DNA of 40,008 bases, from NCBI GenBank assembly GCA_038255205.1, contig JBBSLN010000001.1, positions 1 to 40,008 on the forward strand. The letters are read 5' to 3'. The translations under genes and the position numbers were made by a program. Below are positions 38,611 to 40,008 of the stretch, piece by piece. Numbering within the stretch: the first letter of the stretch is position 1; each line of letters opens with the position of its first letter. The notes beneath the pieces were generated by a model. That model made no database searches. It had not been told where the DNA came from and was given only the letters and a program-made list of their open reading frames with translations. The stretch comes from Flavobacteriales bacterium (GTDB lineage: Bacteria; Bacteroidota; Bacteroidia; Flavobacteriales; Flavobacteriaceae).

Positions 38611-39797
38611 AGCAGCAAAAATCCCCGCCCTTTACCCTTGCAGACACACGAGCCAAACGCAAAGGATGCAGGGCTTCGTTGGTCTTTTTGCTGCTTCCCC
38701 TCGCTTGCCCTTCTGTTGTTTTTACTGTCATACTTTTTGTACCAACCGCACTTTTTGCACATTGCTTTTTGCTTTAGAATGAATTATTTTTTTTAGCGGA
38801 TAAAAGCAAAAATCAAAGAGCAAAAGCCGACACACAAAACAAAAAGATACGCCAGTAAAAACAACCCAAAGCTAAATAACATAATGTGATCTTATAGTAC
38901 ACGGGCTTTTTTAGCGGTGTGCTGCGCACGATTTTAATGCCCTTAGTCCTATAAGCACATTATGTTAAATAGCCGCACAGCCTACACACCCCGCCCACTC
39001 TGACGCTTCGTGCACAAGCCAATAAAAAAAGTCCTTGATTAATTTATTTTTAGCGGTAAGGTCTTTTTTTTATTCGCTTGCACACCCCACAAAATAAGCG
39101 GTTCGGCAAAAGTTGTAAAGAAAAGTTACAACACTTGCCGGAATTTATTTTATACACCTCCCTCCGGTCAAGCAAGTGTAAAGCCTCCGGCAGGTAGGTG
39201 CTTCGCATTTTTTTATTGGGGCAATCTTCCAATGCCCCAAACCCCTTTGGATGCTCATTTTTATAAACAGATAAAACGCACGAATCCACGCACAAGCCAT
39301 TTTTATCTATTTATAAAAATCGAGCTATGTTTTTTACCGCTCAATTAAGCGAACAGAAATAAACGTTTTTAAAGCTGATGTAAAAGGAAGCGTTGGCAAT
39401 GTGTGTAAGGCTTTTGCATCATCTTTAAAAATGAAACAACCGAAGGGCGTTAGTCTTTTATCATCAAATAAAATCAAAGGGCTGCTGATGTTCTGTTTTA
39501 GCGTGTCGGTAAGCATTGCGTATAATGTGCCGCTGGCTTGGCGTTAGTTGTTCTTCACAATTACGCTAAGCCGAAATTATACGCTGTGCTTTTTTGTGTG
39601 TCGGGAAAAACAGAACATTAGCAGACCTTTACCGCTTCCCTTCTTCAAATGAAAATCAGTTGAAAAAAGACAGATAAACGAGTATAAAAACACATCAAAA
39701 TGTTATCTTTGAAGCGTTAAGAAATTTTTTTGTACACAAGAACCGCCACATATAGCCCTGACGTAGTTTTTTCCTTTGAAACACAGGAAAAAAACGT
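38611..39797. repeat. Serial inverted repeats in the noncoding arm
   Basis: Pairs at 38611-38621/38685-38695 and 38715-38740/38839-38865; further stems at about 39130-39179, 39216-39240, 39258-39319, 39371-39426, 39518-39583 and 39761-39797. Confidence 0.75.
38874..38970. other. Two inverted dif-like (Xer) sites
   Basis: Plus TAGTCCTATAA-gcaca-TTATGTTAAAT (38944-38970); minus GTGTACTATAA-gatcaca-TTATGTTATTT (38874-38902). The first XerD arm equals the E. coli dif arm. Confidence 0.7.
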
Positions 39798-39831
39798 GAG
39801 CGTATCTAAAAATACCAAAGACTCCTCTACA

Positions 39832-40008
39832 TTCGGGGCGACAATGCCAGGACGGAATTACAACTCTACAGAATACAATTACGGTTTCAATGGCCAAATG
39901 AAAACCGATGAAATATCAGGAGCAGGAAACCATTATACAGCGGAGTTTTGGGAATATGATCCAAGATTAGGAAGAAGGTGGAACCTTGATCCTGTTGATA
40001 AGCCATGG
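39832..40008 (+). CDS. Orphan/displaced Rhs core module (partial, runs off the window)
   Basis: FGATMPGRNYNSTEYNYGFNGQMKTDEISGAGNHYTAEFWEYDPRLGRRWNLDPVDKPW; frame open from 39721, ATG at 39844. Not in the ORF track. Confidence 0.92.

Larger units (their letters stand above)
33019..39831. mobile_element. Putative Rhs-targeting integrative element carrying toxin tip, immunity, XRE, ATPase and two recombinases
   Basis: Flanked by complementary halves of the Rhs DYYP|FG motif; gene content is that of a mobile element. Confidence 0.65.

Noticed and set aside
39050-39897. Short minus-strand ORFs (39050-39295, 39334-39516, 39703-39897)
   Set aside because: They overlap hairpin-rich DNA or the antisense of the orphan Rhs core and show no protein motifs.
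33001-40008. Diversity-generating retroelement (template/variable repeat) explanation for the two Rhs cores
   Set aside because: No reverse transcriptase in the window, and the differences are extensive and not adenine-specific.

Overview
This looks like a Bacteroidota accessory region, judged from a T9SS-type C-terminal domain, TAnnTTTG promoter motifs and Bacteroidota-style Rhs genes. It has three parts. (1) 118-~11100: tRNA-Leu(CAA), then an integrative island with a tyrosine integrase, ArdC, an amber-interrupted Dam-family methylase, a phage-O-like Rep protein, an NYN nuclease, a GIY-YIG nuclease, a second integrase and RadC. Its 6.5-10.4 kb core carries sigma70-type promoters, DnaA boxes and candidate small RNAs. 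(2) 12041-34316: an eight-gene secreted-toxin operon encoding a T9SS/dockerin-like protein, an outer-membrane barrel, accessory proteins and lipoproteins, a ~2150-aa TcB/SpvB-like protein, a 3016-aa Rhs with a Cys-bracketed repeat array and an HExxH toxin tip, and an immunity lipoprotein. (3) 34355-40008: an XRE regulator, a P-loop ATPase, two tandem tyrosine recombinases and a hairpin-rich noncoding arm with paired dif-like sites, followed by an orphan Rhs core running off the window. The best candidate for a new system is a ~6.8-kb element (33019-39831) that appears to have integrated inside the conserved DYYPFG motif of the Rhs core. It would have installed its own toxin tip and immunity gene in frame and displaced an earlier tip downstream. 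All protein calls come from motif recognition by eye; no database search was run.
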